Shown here one piece after another: positions 18,556-27,424 of a DNA stretch of 64,000 nucleotides. The number at the start of each line of letters is the position of its first letter. Positions within the stretch are counted from its first letter, which is position 1. Source of the stretch: Thaumarchaeota archaeon UBA164. Lineage in GTDB: Archaea > Thermoproteota > Nitrososphaeria > Conexivisphaerales > UBA164. The DNA lies in the NCBI GenBank assembly GCA_002499005.1, contig DAJU01000010.1:73750-137749 (forward strand), written 5' to 3'. Position numbers and translations under genes: made by a program. The notes below the pieces were generated by a model. The model saw only the letters and a program-made list of their open reading frames with translations, had not been told where the DNA came from and made no database searches.

Positions 18556-19197
18556 TTAGATTTGGTGCTTTTCTCCTTCGGGGAGCCCTATAGATGAAAG
18601 ATCTGGTAGCTTTTCCTTCATCTTTGCCTCTGCAAGCGCTCCTGCTTCTGCAAGTATCTTCTCTGCGTCCTCGTTTGCGGCTTCGAAGTTCAGGCTTGTG
18701 CCTGTGAGCTGGCCTGCGTCCACCAGTATGCTGCTCAGCAGCTGTGAGATCTCAGTTATTTCGCCTTCAGCTGATGGCATTACCTGCATCAGGCCTGCCC
18801 TGACAGACTTGATCACTGCAAGCGCCGGAGTGAGCGTAACTACTACGTCACCAAGGTCGGTTACAGTGGATAGCCTTGTGACTATCTGCTCAAGCGCCAG
18901 CTTTGCCTGGCTTATCATCTTGTACATCTTCCTTATCTCGGCAAGCTCATTTGCGTATACTGTTGCGTGATCTGTGTCGTGCTTCTGCAGGTAGTTGACT
19001 ATCTTCTGAAAGAGCTGGGTGTCCTTCTCTTTTAGCCTGTTTGATGTGTTGTCGAGCTTTGTTATCTGTATCTGTAGCTGCCTTATAGCTTGGTCTATCC
19101 TTGGCTTTAGAGGCCCTTCGGGCCTCACTGCTGACTTTATTCTATCCCCAAGGCTTTCTCCCTGTGGCGCGTCCCACTTTTTAGCAAACTCGCTCAT
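18556..19197 (-). CDS. cdvB: ESCRT-III protein CdvB-like (short form, no C-terminal winged helix)
   Basis: 213 aa. ATVYANELAEIRKMYKMISQAKLALEQIVTRLSTVTDL closely resembles the Sulfolobus CdvB core. C-terminal Pro motif KEKLPDLSSIGLP is MIM2-like. Confidence 0.85.
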   Translation of the reverse strand: MSEFAKKWDAPQGESLGDRIKSAVRPEGPLKPRIDQAIRQLQIQITKLDNTSNRLKEKDTQLFQKIVNYLQKHDTDHATVYANELAEIRKMYKMISQAKLALEQIVTRLSTVTDLGDVVVTLTPALAVIKSVRAGLMQVMPSAEGEITEISQLLSSILVDAGQLTGTSLNFEAANEDAEKILAEAGALAEAKMKEKLPDLSSIGLPEGEKHQI

Positions 19198-19415
19198 TTT
19201 GCGACATCTTCTTAATCTGCCGGCATATTTAACGTACTGTAACTGCGCCCGGCTTTACCTTCAGTGACAGGGCCCGCGGTTACAGTATTATGCCTCTTTC
19301 ATACAGAGCAACAGGTCTGAGTGCTGGTTCATCTCCGATAATGGAAAGCGCCTTTCAGCAAAACGGTTTAAGGCACCAAGCTTTCTGGCATGATCCGGCA
19401 TTAAAGACAACCTGT

Positions 19416-20168
19416 ATGAACGACAAAATGAATGTTAAATATGAACTCTGCGAAATAAACGACGTGAACACAGACGATAAATGCACGCCGGACCAGAATG
19501 TCGTGAGGTGTATCTCGCGCATAGCTAGAGTGCTTGGAAGGAGGTTTATGGAATCAATAATTTACAGCGATCCACAATATAAGGCTATAAGGAGCTTGGC
19601 TCTGCGTGCAGACGAACTGCTGCTTTACAGGCTGGTCATTTATAACAGCCTGGTCTCCTACAGGCTCAGGGAAACTGGTGAGGAGTACTGGAGCGCTTTT
19701 GCGCATGAAGTTAGCCTTGACAAGGATCCAATAGCTGCTGTTATTGACTTTATAAGATCCAGGAAGGAACTTGCAGTAAACGGCAAGGTAAAAAGGCTTG
19801 AGGCTTTAAGAGGGCATGATCTGCGCGTGGATTATTACCTAAAACACCCGGCAAAGCTTTACACAGATCTTATGAGCGTATATAAATTCAAGTACAGCAA
19901 GACCGCTGCCTTTGCCGTTAAGATGTTTTGTTATGCGGCTATAGCAAAAGGAAGGAACATCACAATGCCGGCTAGCGTTCCCATGCCTGTTGATTCAAGG
20001 GTGCTAAGGGCTTCTTATAGGATTGGGCTGATAAGCCGTTCATGCAAAAGCCCAGCGGAGGTCGCAAAGGCATGGGAACGCGTTGCGAGGTCTTCAAGGA
20101 TACCTGCGTTAGTGTTGGATAGCTTCGTCTGGGGGTTGATAGAGGGCGAATGGAAAAATCCCTTATAG
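19416..20168 (+). CDS. archaeal 8-oxoguanine DNA glycosylase AGOG (N-glycosylase/DNA lyase)
   Basis: SDPQYKAIRSL, NSLVSYRLRETGEEYWSAF, KTAAFAVKMFCYA and PMPVDSRV match the Pyrobaculum AGOG pattern. ORF is open from 19290; I prefer ATG 19416/19428 because the first 42 codons have no family resemblance. Start uncertain. Confidence 0.8.
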   Translation: MNDKMNVKYELCEINDVNTDDKCTPDQNVVRCISRIARVLGRRFMESIIYSDPQYKAIRSLALRADELLLYRLVIYNSLVSYRLRETGEEYWSAFAHEVSLDKDPIAAVIDFIRSRKELAVNGKVKRLEALRGHDLRVDYYLKHPAKLYTDLMSVYKFKYSKTAAFAVKMFCYAAIAKGRNITMPASVPMPVDSRVLRASYRIGLISRSCKSPAEVAKAWERVARSSRIPALVLDSFVWGLIEGEWKNPL

Positions 20169-20175
20169 ATGATGC

Positions 20176-21411
20176 CTATCCGCGTCTGGAGGCAGATACT
20201 ATGTGTATTACGTCCCCGTCCTTAAGCTTGTAAGACGGGGGAAGGCGTATGCCTGTTCTTATATCCAATCCATAAAGTATGCCCTTAACTAATTCGCTGT
20301 GAACAGCCTCAGCAAGGTCAATTATCGTCGAGCCATCCTTGATCAAAATGGCATCAGGCAGAACTCTGCCCTTTTTGTCTGAAAGCCGTTTTGGATCAGC
20401 AACCGGATAGACCACGTTCATCCTGAGCAGCTTAAAGACGACAAAGTTAAGCGCAAATTGAAGGCCATGTCTCATCATCTCCCTCATGGCAAACTTGTTC
20501 ATAAAGTCAAGCGCCCTTTTTTCTTCTGTGGAAAGCTTTTCGTTGTCAACCACGATGTAGTTATCCTCGACCGGGTTGAACTTCACAGCTCCATTTTCAG
20601 AGGCCCTTTTTAGAAGCAGTTCATACCTCCCGCTTACAGGGATTATTGGCTTGTCGGTTATTTTATCCCTCAGCTTTCTGAGCCCGACATCCGCTGTTGG
20701 CAGGTCCATCTTATTGGCAACAATTAGCGTGGGCTTGGAAAGCTCTCTTACCTTTGCAGCAAAGCTCCACAGGAGGTCCTCGTTTGGCCCCTTTACCAAG
20801 TCCTTAACTGACACGTTCAAATCTTCAAGCGCGACCGTTATGTGCTCCTTTGTTACCTTGATGCCAGCCATAACATCTGACAGGACCTTTATCCCTTCCC
20901 TCTCGCTCCCGGCTTCCTCAACCTTTCTTGCAACCCTGCCCAAGTTGTTTTCTATTATCCCCTTAAACCACTGAATTATTTCGCCTTCTATTTCAGTATA
21001 ATCGAGCATTGGATCGCCACTTCCTGGTTCCGCTATCTTTCCTTCTTCGTCTATGCTTCCCGATGCGTCAACCACATGTATGAACGCGTCTGCAACAGCT
21101 GCTGCTGAAAGAAACCTTGTGCCAAGCCCCTTTCCAAGGCTAGCTCCCTTTATAAGCCCTGGCAGGTCCATGAGCTCTACTGGTATATACCTCCACCCAT
21201 CAATGCAGAGCGAGTTAACCGGGTTATCCTTAACCATGAACTCCTTATGCACACAGGGCGTTGTTACATAAGCCTTCCCAATCATGGGCTCCTTAGTTGT
21301 AAATGAATAATCGCCAATTGGCGCGCTTAGCCCTGTGGCGCTGTTAAACAGTGTTGTCTTGCCGGCATTTGTTTTACCCACAAACACAATTCTAATAGTC
21401 ATCCTTAACAC
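20176..21411 (-). CDS. Obg-like GTPase/ATPase with C-terminal TGS domain (YchF/Ygr210 type)
   Basis: 411 aa. G1 GKTNAGKTT, G3 DLPGL, G4 NKMD, C-terminal TGS-like KLKDGDVIHIVS. Confidence 0.8.
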   Translation of the reverse strand: MLRMTIRIVFVGKTNAGKTTLFNSATGLSAPIGDYSFTTKEPMIGKAYVTTPCVHKEFMVKDNPVNSLCIDGWRYIPVELMDLPGLIKGASLGKGLGTRFLSAAAVADAFIHVVDASGSIDEEGKIAEPGSGDPMLDYTEIEGEIIQWFKGIIENNLGRVARKVEEAGSEREGIKVLSDVMAGIKVTKEHITVALEDLNVSVKDLVKGPNEDLLWSFAAKVRELSKPTLIVANKMDLPTADVGLRKLRDKITDKPIIPVSGRYELLLKRASENGAVKFNPVEDNYIVVDNEKLSTEEKRALDFMNKFAMREMMRHGLQFALNFVVFKLLRMNVVYPVADPKRLSDKKGRVLPDAILIKDGSTIIDLAEAVHSELVKGILYGLDIRTGIRLPPSYKLKDGDVIHIVSASRRG

Positions 21412-21451
21412 TTAATTATTAAAAAGGATACTAAAAAACTTTTTAGAAAGA

Positions 21452-22324
21452 CTAGAGCTTTAGTCGCTCCTTTAACAGCTTCGGTATTTCTGAAGGAGAG
21501 CTTGCAACAGCTACGCCTGCCGATTTAAACGCTTCTACCTTGCTTTGCGCTGTTCCCTTGCCACCAGTTATTATTGCACCAGCATGGCCCATGCGTTTCC
21601 CTGGAGGCGCGCTTCTGCCTGCAATGAACGCTACCACGGGCTTTGTGACCTTTCTCTTTATTAACTCAGCTGTTTCCTCCTCGGCAGTCCCGCCTATTTC
21701 GCCCACAACCACTATTGCCTTTGTTCTTTCATCATCTTCAAACATGCTAACCGCTTCCTGCATGTTCGTGCCGACAACCTGGTCGCCTCCTATGCCTATT
21801 ACTGTTGTTTCCCCCAGACCTGCTTCAGTTATCGTGTTAACTATTTCATAGGTTAACGTGCCGCTCCTTGACACAACGCCCACGCTGCCTTCCCTGAATA
21901 TCGAGTTCGGCATTATCCCGTGTTTGGCAATTCCCACAGACGTTATCCCAGGGCAGTTAGGCCCTATTATTCTTGCGCCCCTTATCTTGGCATAAAGCTT
22001 TAGCTTCACCATGTCATGGAAAGGAATGTGCTCTGTGATCACTGTCACCAGCTCTAGCCCGCTGTCTATGGCCTCAACAACTGAATCAAATGCAAAAGGC
22101 GCAGGCACAAACACAACAGATGCCCTTGCACCTGTATTTCTTATAGCTTCACTTACCGAGTTAAACACAGGAACGCCCTTTACAGTTGTCCCCCCCTTCC
22201 CTGGAGTTACGCCGCCGACTATGTTTGTGCCAAAGATCTTCATCTGTTCTGCATGAAAGCTCCCTTGATGCCCGGTTATTCCCTGCACAATCGTTGGAAC
22301 GTTTTCCTTCAGTATAATTGCCAT
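21452..22324 (-). CDS. sucD: succinyl-CoA synthetase alpha subunit
   Basis: 290 aa. [18 protein letters not shown], phosphohistidine loop MGHAGAI. Confidence 0.92.
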   Translation of the reverse strand: MAIILKENVPTIVQGITGHQGSFHAEQMKIFGTNIVGGVTPGKGGTTVKGVPVFNSVSEAIRNTGARASVVFVPAPFAFDSVVEAIDSGLELVTVITEHIPFHDMVKLKLYAKIRGARIIGPNCPGITSVGIAKHGIMPNSIFREGSVGVVSRSGTLTYEIVNTITEAGLGETTVIGIGGDQVVGTNMQEAVSMFEDDERTKAIVVVGEIGGTAEEETAELIKRKVTKPVVAFIAGRSAPPGKRMGHAGAIITGGKGTAQSKVEAFKSAGVAVASSPSEIPKLLKERLKL

Positions 22325-22327
22325 TCT

Positions 22328-23431
22328 TCATTCACCTGCCAGCCTTATTACCTCCTTAACGGCCTCATCAAGGTTAAGCAGGGACCTTATTCCGTTTTCC
22401 TCAAGAATACGTCTTCCCTCGTCCTCATTTGCGCCCCTTACTCTTACAACCAGTTTAAAGCTTGGCTTGAGCTCCTTGAATGCCTGAACTATGCCCCTAG
22501 CAACCGTGTCACACTTGGTTACGCCGCCAAATATGTTTACAAAAAGAACTTTGTGCGTAACCTTTGAAGCAAGCCTTAATGCGTCAACTACCTTCTGCGG
22601 ATCGTCGGTGCCACCGAGGTCAAAGAAGTCAGCTGGTTTGCCGCCATTAAGGGCTATGAGATCTATTGTTGCCATGTTGAGCCCGGCGCCGTTGGCTATT
22701 ATGCCTATATCACCTTCAAGCTTCACAAATGCTAAGCCCTTTTCTTTTGCTTCTCTTTCAACCGGGTCAAGTATGTAGTATTTGGGCGTTATATCCTTGT
22801 GCCTGAACAACGCGTCGTCCTCTATGGTTATCTTTGAATCAAGGGCCAAGAGCCCGGAGTCTGTATCTGCAAGCGGGTTTATTTCCGCAAGGCTTGCGTC
22901 CATTTCGTCATATATTTTATACAGGCCTTCCAGTATTTTCCCAAGCTGCTCCGCCTTTTCAGAGCTTAGCCCCAGGAAGGAGCTTAGCTCCCTCTTAAGG
23001 TATTGTGTTACTCCAACGAATGGATTTATTGCGTGCCTGTAGATCTTTTCCTGGGGAACCGAGTTTATATCGACACCCCCTTCGGCTGAAGCTAGAACTA
23101 TTGGAAGCTCAACGCTCCTGTCAAGAGTGACGCTGATATAAAGCTCCCTCTTAACGTTAACCGCATCCTCAAGCACAAACGCTTCAGGCTTGAACCCGTC
23201 AAAGCTTATCTGGCTTATCTCCTGTATTGCCTTAATCGCCTCATCACGGCTGTTAACTATCCTGACACCGCCGCGCTTCCCTCTTCCTCCTGTTGGGACC
23301 TGGGCCTTTACAACCATTCTGCCGTTAAACTCAGGGACATCCTCAGGAGCTCTTATGACATGAAAGTTTGGAACAGGTATGCCATATCTTTTAAAGAGCT
23401 CTTTCCCTTCGTATTCCAAAAAATCTACCAT
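22328..23431 (-). CDS. sucC: succinyl-CoA synthetase beta subunit (ATP-grasp)
   Basis: Start placed at MVDFLEYEGKELFKRYGIPVP (368 aa). The ORF-track 40-codon upstream extension overlaps sdhD and has no family resemblance. Confidence 0.9.
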   Translation of the reverse strand: MVDFLEYEGKELFKRYGIPVPNFHVIRAPEDVPEFNGRMVVKAQVPTGGRGKRGGVRIVNSRDEAIKAIQEISQISFDGFKPEAFVLEDAVNVKRELYISVTLDRSVELPIVLASAEGGVDINSVPQEKIYRHAINPFVGVTQYLKRELSSFLGLSSEKAEQLGKILEGLYKIYDEMDASLAEINPLADTDSGLLALDSKITIEDDALFRHKDITPKYYILDPVEREAKEKGLAFVKLEGDIGIIANGAGLNMATIDLIALNGGKPADFFDLGGTDDPQKVVDALRLASKVTHKVLFVNIFGGVTKCDTVARGIVQAFKELKPSFKLVVRVRGANEDEGRRILEENGIRSLLNLDEAVKEVIRLAGE

Positions 23432-23472
23432 AGCAGGTGATAACCTCCTAAAAGTTAAAAGTTTTTTGGAGA

Positions 23473-23835
23473 TTAAACGACTATTAGCGTATAGGTGCCT
23501 ATCGCCAGCAAAACCGCTATTAGCGCTATTATCACCAGATTTATAGCCCACTGCGCCCTTTTAGGATGTATCCATTCTAGCAATATTATTCTCAGTCCAT
23601 TCATACCGTGTATTACAGCTGCATAAAGCAGTAAACCAAACACTATTCTGTAATATGTTAAATTATGAACCACAAATGAATATGAAAGGGTCTCGTCGAA
23701 GCTTTTGCCAGTTAAGGGGCTGACCAGCAGGAGGTGAAATGTCAACACAAATATCATGATCAATGCAAGCGTGTACATCAGGATCATAACCCATGACTCC
23801 TTTAACAGGCTATACTGGCTTGGCATCTTGCTCAC
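23473..23835 (-). CDS. sdhD: succinate dehydrogenase membrane anchor subunit (SdhD-like)
   Basis: 120 aa, 3 TM helices, directly after sdhC in the sdhABCD order. Confidence 0.65.
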   Translation of the reverse strand: MSKMPSQYSLLKESWVMILMYTLALIMIFVLTFHLLLVSPLTGKSFDETLSYSFVVHNLTYYRIVFGLLLYAAVIHGMNGLRIILLEWIHPKRAQWAINLVIIALIAVLLAIGTYTLIVV

Positions 23836-23836
23836 C

Positions 23837-24316
23837 TCATATTACCCCAAGGCCGGCCAACAGGTAAAGGCCTGCCCATATCCAGAGCGCAACCACAACA
23901 GCCGTTATTATGTATACCGCTGCCTTCTGTGGCCTGCTAAGCGATGTAGGTGAATATGGATATTCAGGAAGAACAGGCTTCCCCAGAAGCATGCCAAATA
24001 CCTCGTTTAGAATAAGCCTGAGGCCGTTTGCGCCGTGGTAAAGGGCAGATCCTGCCACAATCCATAGCCCTATCTGCTCCAGTATTCCAAGCGAGCTTAG
24101 CTCTGCAAGCGTCGAGTACCAGATCTGGGGATTATTGTTTAGTACCGCGAGGCCAACGTGATATATTTCAAATATATGCGCTATAAGATAAAGGGCGAGA
24201 ATTACACCGGTTATCCTATGAAGCATGTAAGTATACCTTTCAAGGTTAAAGCCCTTTGGGTTGAGGCTTCTTATAAGGCCTGACTTGTAACCCTTCTCCT
24301 GCTCTTCGCTGCTCAT
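23837..24316 (-). CDS. sdhC: succinate dehydrogenase cytochrome b subunit (SdhC-like)
   Basis: 159 aa, TM helices with conserved His (HRITG..., YHGANGLR). 4-nt overlap with sdhB. Confidence 0.7.
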   Translation of the reverse strand: MSSEEQEKGYKSGLIRSLNPKGFNLERYTYMLHRITGVILALYLIAHIFEIYHVGLAVLNNNPQIWYSTLAELSSLGILEQIGLWIVAGSALYHGANGLRLILNEVFGMLLGKPVLPEYPYSPTSLSRPQKAAVYIITAVVVALWIWAGLYLLAGLGVI

Positions 24317-25128
24317 GCCTGGCTCACCTCTTCAAACTTGTAATCGAAAGGCGGCGGATGCGGGGCATTGTCTGGAACTTTCTCAACTTTGGGAAGAGTT
24401 GCTGGACTTGAGCTTTCCTTCTTTGACCTGAACAGGCGCCTTTTTAGTATGTCCTTCTTAAGGAACTGTATTGCCTTTGCCGGGTCAACACCCTTTGGGC
24501 AAACATAGCTGCATGATCCAGCAAAGTGGCATCTCCAAACGCCGTGAGCGTCGTCAAGAACTTCAAGCCTATCGTCAAGGCCCTCATCTCTTGGATCAGC
24601 AACATACCTGTAGGCCTGCGCAAGGGCCTGTGGCCCAAGGAAAAGCGGGTCAAGGGCCATTGTAGGGCAGGCCGCGTCGCACAGCCCGCACATTATGCAA
24701 TAGTCAAACTGCACAAAGCTCATGTTTTGCTGCGGCGTCACCACAAACTCGGACGACGCATCCTCCAGCTCTTCTGGGTTTCTTCTTATCATCCATGGCT
24801 TAACAGCCCTGTGCTTGCCAACGAAGCCAGTGAGGTCGACAACAAGGTCCCTTAACACTGGGAAGTTATAAAGCGGTTCAACGCGTATTAGCTCAGTCTT
24901 GAGCTCCAGAACCCTTGTCTGACATGCAAGGGATGGCTTTCCGTTTATGACCATACCGCATGAGCCGCATGACCCCATCTGGCAGCTGTGTCTAAATGCC
25001 AACGTATGATCCTGCCTTTCCCTTATTTTGAGGAGGATGTCAAGAACGGTGTCCCTTTCCTTTGCCTCAACTTCGTAGTCCTGCCACCAGCTTTTGCTTC
25101 CATCAAATCTGCGAATCCTTATCTTCAT
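24313..25128 (-). CDS. sdhB: succinate dehydrogenase/fumarate reductase iron-sulfur subunit
   Basis: 271 aa. 2Fe-2S CQMGSCGSCG, 4Fe-4S CIMCGLCDAACP, 3Fe-4S CHFAGSCSYVCP. Confidence 0.92.
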   Translation of the reverse strand: MKIRIRRFDGSKSWWQDYEVEAKERDTVLDILLKIRERQDHTLAFRHSCQMGSCGSCGMVINGKPSLACQTRVLELKTELIRVEPLYNFPVLRDLVVDLTGFVGKHRAVKPWMIRRNPEELEDASSEFVVTPQQNMSFVQFDYCIMCGLCDAACPTMALDPLFLGPQALAQAYRYVADPRDEGLDDRLEVLDDAHGVWRCHFAGSCSYVCPKGVDPAKAIQFLKKDILKRRLFRSKKESSSPATLPKVEKVPDNAPHPPPFDYKFEEVSQA

Positions 25129-25129
25129 T

Positions 25130-26875
25130 TTAATACACCCTCGCCACAGGCTTCCACATTGTTATTTTAACCGGGATATATGAAAACTGCGGGCCATCGG
25201 GGCCCTTAACCGCCAGCGTGTGCTTTAGCCAGTTCGCGTCATCCCTGTTCGGATAGTCGATCCTGGCGTGCGCCCCTCTGCTTTCCTTCCTTAGAAGCGC
25301 TCCCGTTGCAATCACCTCTGCTTCGTCAAGCATAAACCCAAGCTCAAGGGCGTGCTGAAGGTTGTAGTTAAACACCCTGCCCCTGTCGCTCAGCCTGATA
25401 TTCTTATACCGCTGCTTCAGCTCTTTTATCTTTTTAACAGCCTCCGCTAGACCAGCTTCATTTCTGTAAACGTGCACGTTTTTTTCCATTGTATCTTTAA
25501 GCTCGTCTCTGAGCTCATACACGTCCTCCCCTCCGCTTTCCCTTCCAAGCACTTCACTGAAAATGCGCCTTTCTTCAGCTTCAAGTACGGAAGGTGAAGC
25601 TGATTGAGGCTCAGGCCTTTCATTTGAAATATAATTATATACTTCATTTCCTACAATATAACCGTAAACCAAGCACTCGTTGGTGCCGTTGGAGCCTAGC
25701 CTGTTGGAGCCCTGTACGCTCACGCACGCGGCTTCCCCTGCGGCCCAGAGCCCCCTTACAGGTCCTGAGGGCGACTGGACGTTTCCATTTATATCCGTAT
25801 GCACGCCGCCCATGTTGTAGTGAACAGTTGGTCTTACAGGCAGTGGCTGGTCCACTATGTCAATTCCCAGGTATTTGAGGCCTATCTCCCTTATAAATGG
25901 GAGCTTGCGCTCTATCTTTTCCTTGCCAAGGTGCCTCATGTCAAGCCATACGTGGTCAAGGCCCGATGCCTCGTCCCTGACGCCCCTGCCCTCGTTTATC
26001 TCGGTCATTATTGCCCTTGACACAATATCCCTGGGAGCTAGCTCCATCTTTGAAGGGGCATATCTTTTCATGAACCTTTCCCCGTCACGATTAACCAGAT
26101 ATGCACCCTCTCCTCTTGCGGCTTCCGTTATCAGGAGGCCTTTTGGCACAAGCCCAGTTGGATGAAATTGGACGAACTCCATGTCCTTTAGGTAAAGCCC
26201 CGCGTTGTAGGCTATTCCATATCCGTCGCCTGTTGAGCTTGCAGCAGTTGATGTTATCCTGTAAAGTTGACCCGCGCCTCCTGTTGCTATAACACCAGCC
26301 TTAGCTCTGAAGAACCTCATGTTGCCGCTTCTGAGGTCTATTGTAGTGAACCCCTTGAACTGATTGTTTTCAATTACAACTGACGTAACAAAGTTTTCAT
26401 CAAACCTTTCCCATCCTTCATATTTAAGAAGAGTGTCATAAAGGGCCCTCATTTCAAAGAACCCTGTTTTATCCTGGGCATAAGTAGCCCTGGGAAAGCT
26501 TAAGCCTCCAAACCATCTTTGCTCTATTCTGCCATCTTCGCGTCTGTTCCATGGGACTCCCCAGCGCTCAATAAGCCTTATCTCCTGGGTTGCAAGATGG
26601 ACAAATCTCCATACAGCATCCTGGTCTGCAAGAAAGTCGCTCCCCTTTATTGTGTCCCATGCATAAAGCTCAAAGCTATCACCCTCCTCGGGGAACAAGA
26701 CTGCTGATGTTCCTCCTTCGGCTGATACTGAATGACTCCTCATCAAATATATCTTAGATATGAGAGCCACCCTGACCTTGCCCCGCCCTCCGTCCTTTCT
26801 CATTATTTCAATAGCTGTTCTGAGGCCGGCGAGGCCAGATCCAACTATCGCAACGTCAAAGTCGAGCTGCTCCAT
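25130..26875 (-). CDS. sdhA: succinate dehydrogenase flavoprotein subunit
   Basis: 581 aa. FAD fold DVAIVGSGLAGL, HPTG, RGEGA, SRGAHAR. Confidence 0.92.
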   Translation of the reverse strand: MEQLDFDVAIVGSGLAGLRTAIEIMRKDGGRGKVRVALISKIYLMRSHSVSAEGGTSAVLFPEEGDSFELYAWDTIKGSDFLADQDAVWRFVHLATQEIRLIERWGVPWNRREDGRIEQRWFGGLSFPRATYAQDKTGFFEMRALYDTLLKYEGWERFDENFVTSVVIENNQFKGFTTIDLRSGNMRFFRAKAGVIATGGAGQLYRITSTAASSTGDGYGIAYNAGLYLKDMEFVQFHPTGLVPKGLLITEAARGEGAYLVNRDGERFMKRYAPSKMELAPRDIVSRAIMTEINEGRGVRDEASGLDHVWLDMRHLGKEKIERKLPFIREIGLKYLGIDIVDQPLPVRPTVHYNMGGVHTDINGNVQSPSGPVRGLWAAGEAACVSVQGSNRLGSNGTNECLVYGYIVGNEVYNYISNERPEPQSASPSVLEAEERRIFSEVLGRESGGEDVYELRDELKDTMEKNVHVYRNEAGLAEAVKKIKELKQRYKNIRLSDRGRVFNYNLQHALELGFMLDEAEVIATGALLRKESRGAHARIDYPNRDDANWLKHTLAVKGPDGPQFSYIPVKITMWKPVARVY

Positions 26876-26923
26876 CTCTTATCAATAAGGTAGAGCCATG
26901 ACGATTTTTATGCCTTTCTAAGT

Positions 26924-27370
26924 TCAATTATTTGATGCTGATCCCTTTTCTTTCATAATAACCCTTATATAGTCTATTTTGGTTTCAGGATACTGACCCG
27001 TTTCATCCTTTTCATATTTTTTAACCATATCCCATATGTTAAGCAAAGCCACCGAAACGCCATATAGCGCTTCCATTTCAACGCCGGTCTTTGCGGTAGC
27101 CTTTACCTCTACTGTAACCTTGACCCCGGTTTCATCAATTGAGGCCTCCGCTAAGGTGTTTTCTATAAGAATCTGGTGGCAAAAGGTTATGGCCTCCGGT
27201 GTTCTCTTTACGGCCTGGATGGCTGAAAGCTCTGCAACCTTTAACGGGTCGCCCTTTTCCACGTTGCCCTCTGCTATTCGTTTTAGAGTTTCAGGCCTTA
27301 GCCTTATATGCCCAGCGGCAATAGCAACCCTCCTTTGCACAGGCTTACCCGAAATATCTACTGACTTCAC
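26924..27370 (-). CDS. moaC: cyclic pyranopterin monophosphate synthase MoaC
   Basis: 148 aa. KGDPL.VAELSAIQA, TGVEMEAL and ALLNIWDM are typical MoaC. Confidence 0.85.
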   Translation of the reverse strand: MKSVDISGKPVQRRVAIAAGHIRLRPETLKRIAEGNVEKGDPLKVAELSAIQAVKRTPEAITFCHQILIENTLAEASIDETGVKVTVEVKATAKTGVEMEALYGVSVALLNIWDMVKKYEKDETGQYPETKIDYIRVIMKEKGSASNN

Positions 27371-27424
27371 ATGCTGTTTAGCCTTAAAATTAAATTTAAG
27401 GCGTTCTGTGAAATACCAAAGCTT

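Noticed and set aside
19237-19285. Possible third, internally deleted copy of the 328-bp element in the cdvB/AGOG intergenic region (CCTTCAGTGACA followed by GGCCCGCGGT, inside a CTGTAAC...GTTACAG inverted repeat)
   Set aside because: Only a 12-mer and a 10-mer match collinearly, and a few 12-mer chance matches are expected in 2 x 64 kb. The flanking sequence does not align. Needs a proper alignment before any claim.
23432-23551. 40-codon N-terminal extension of sucC in the ORF track
   Set aside because: It overlaps sdhD and has no resemblance to SucC. A canonical MVDFLEYEGKELF start is available at 23431.
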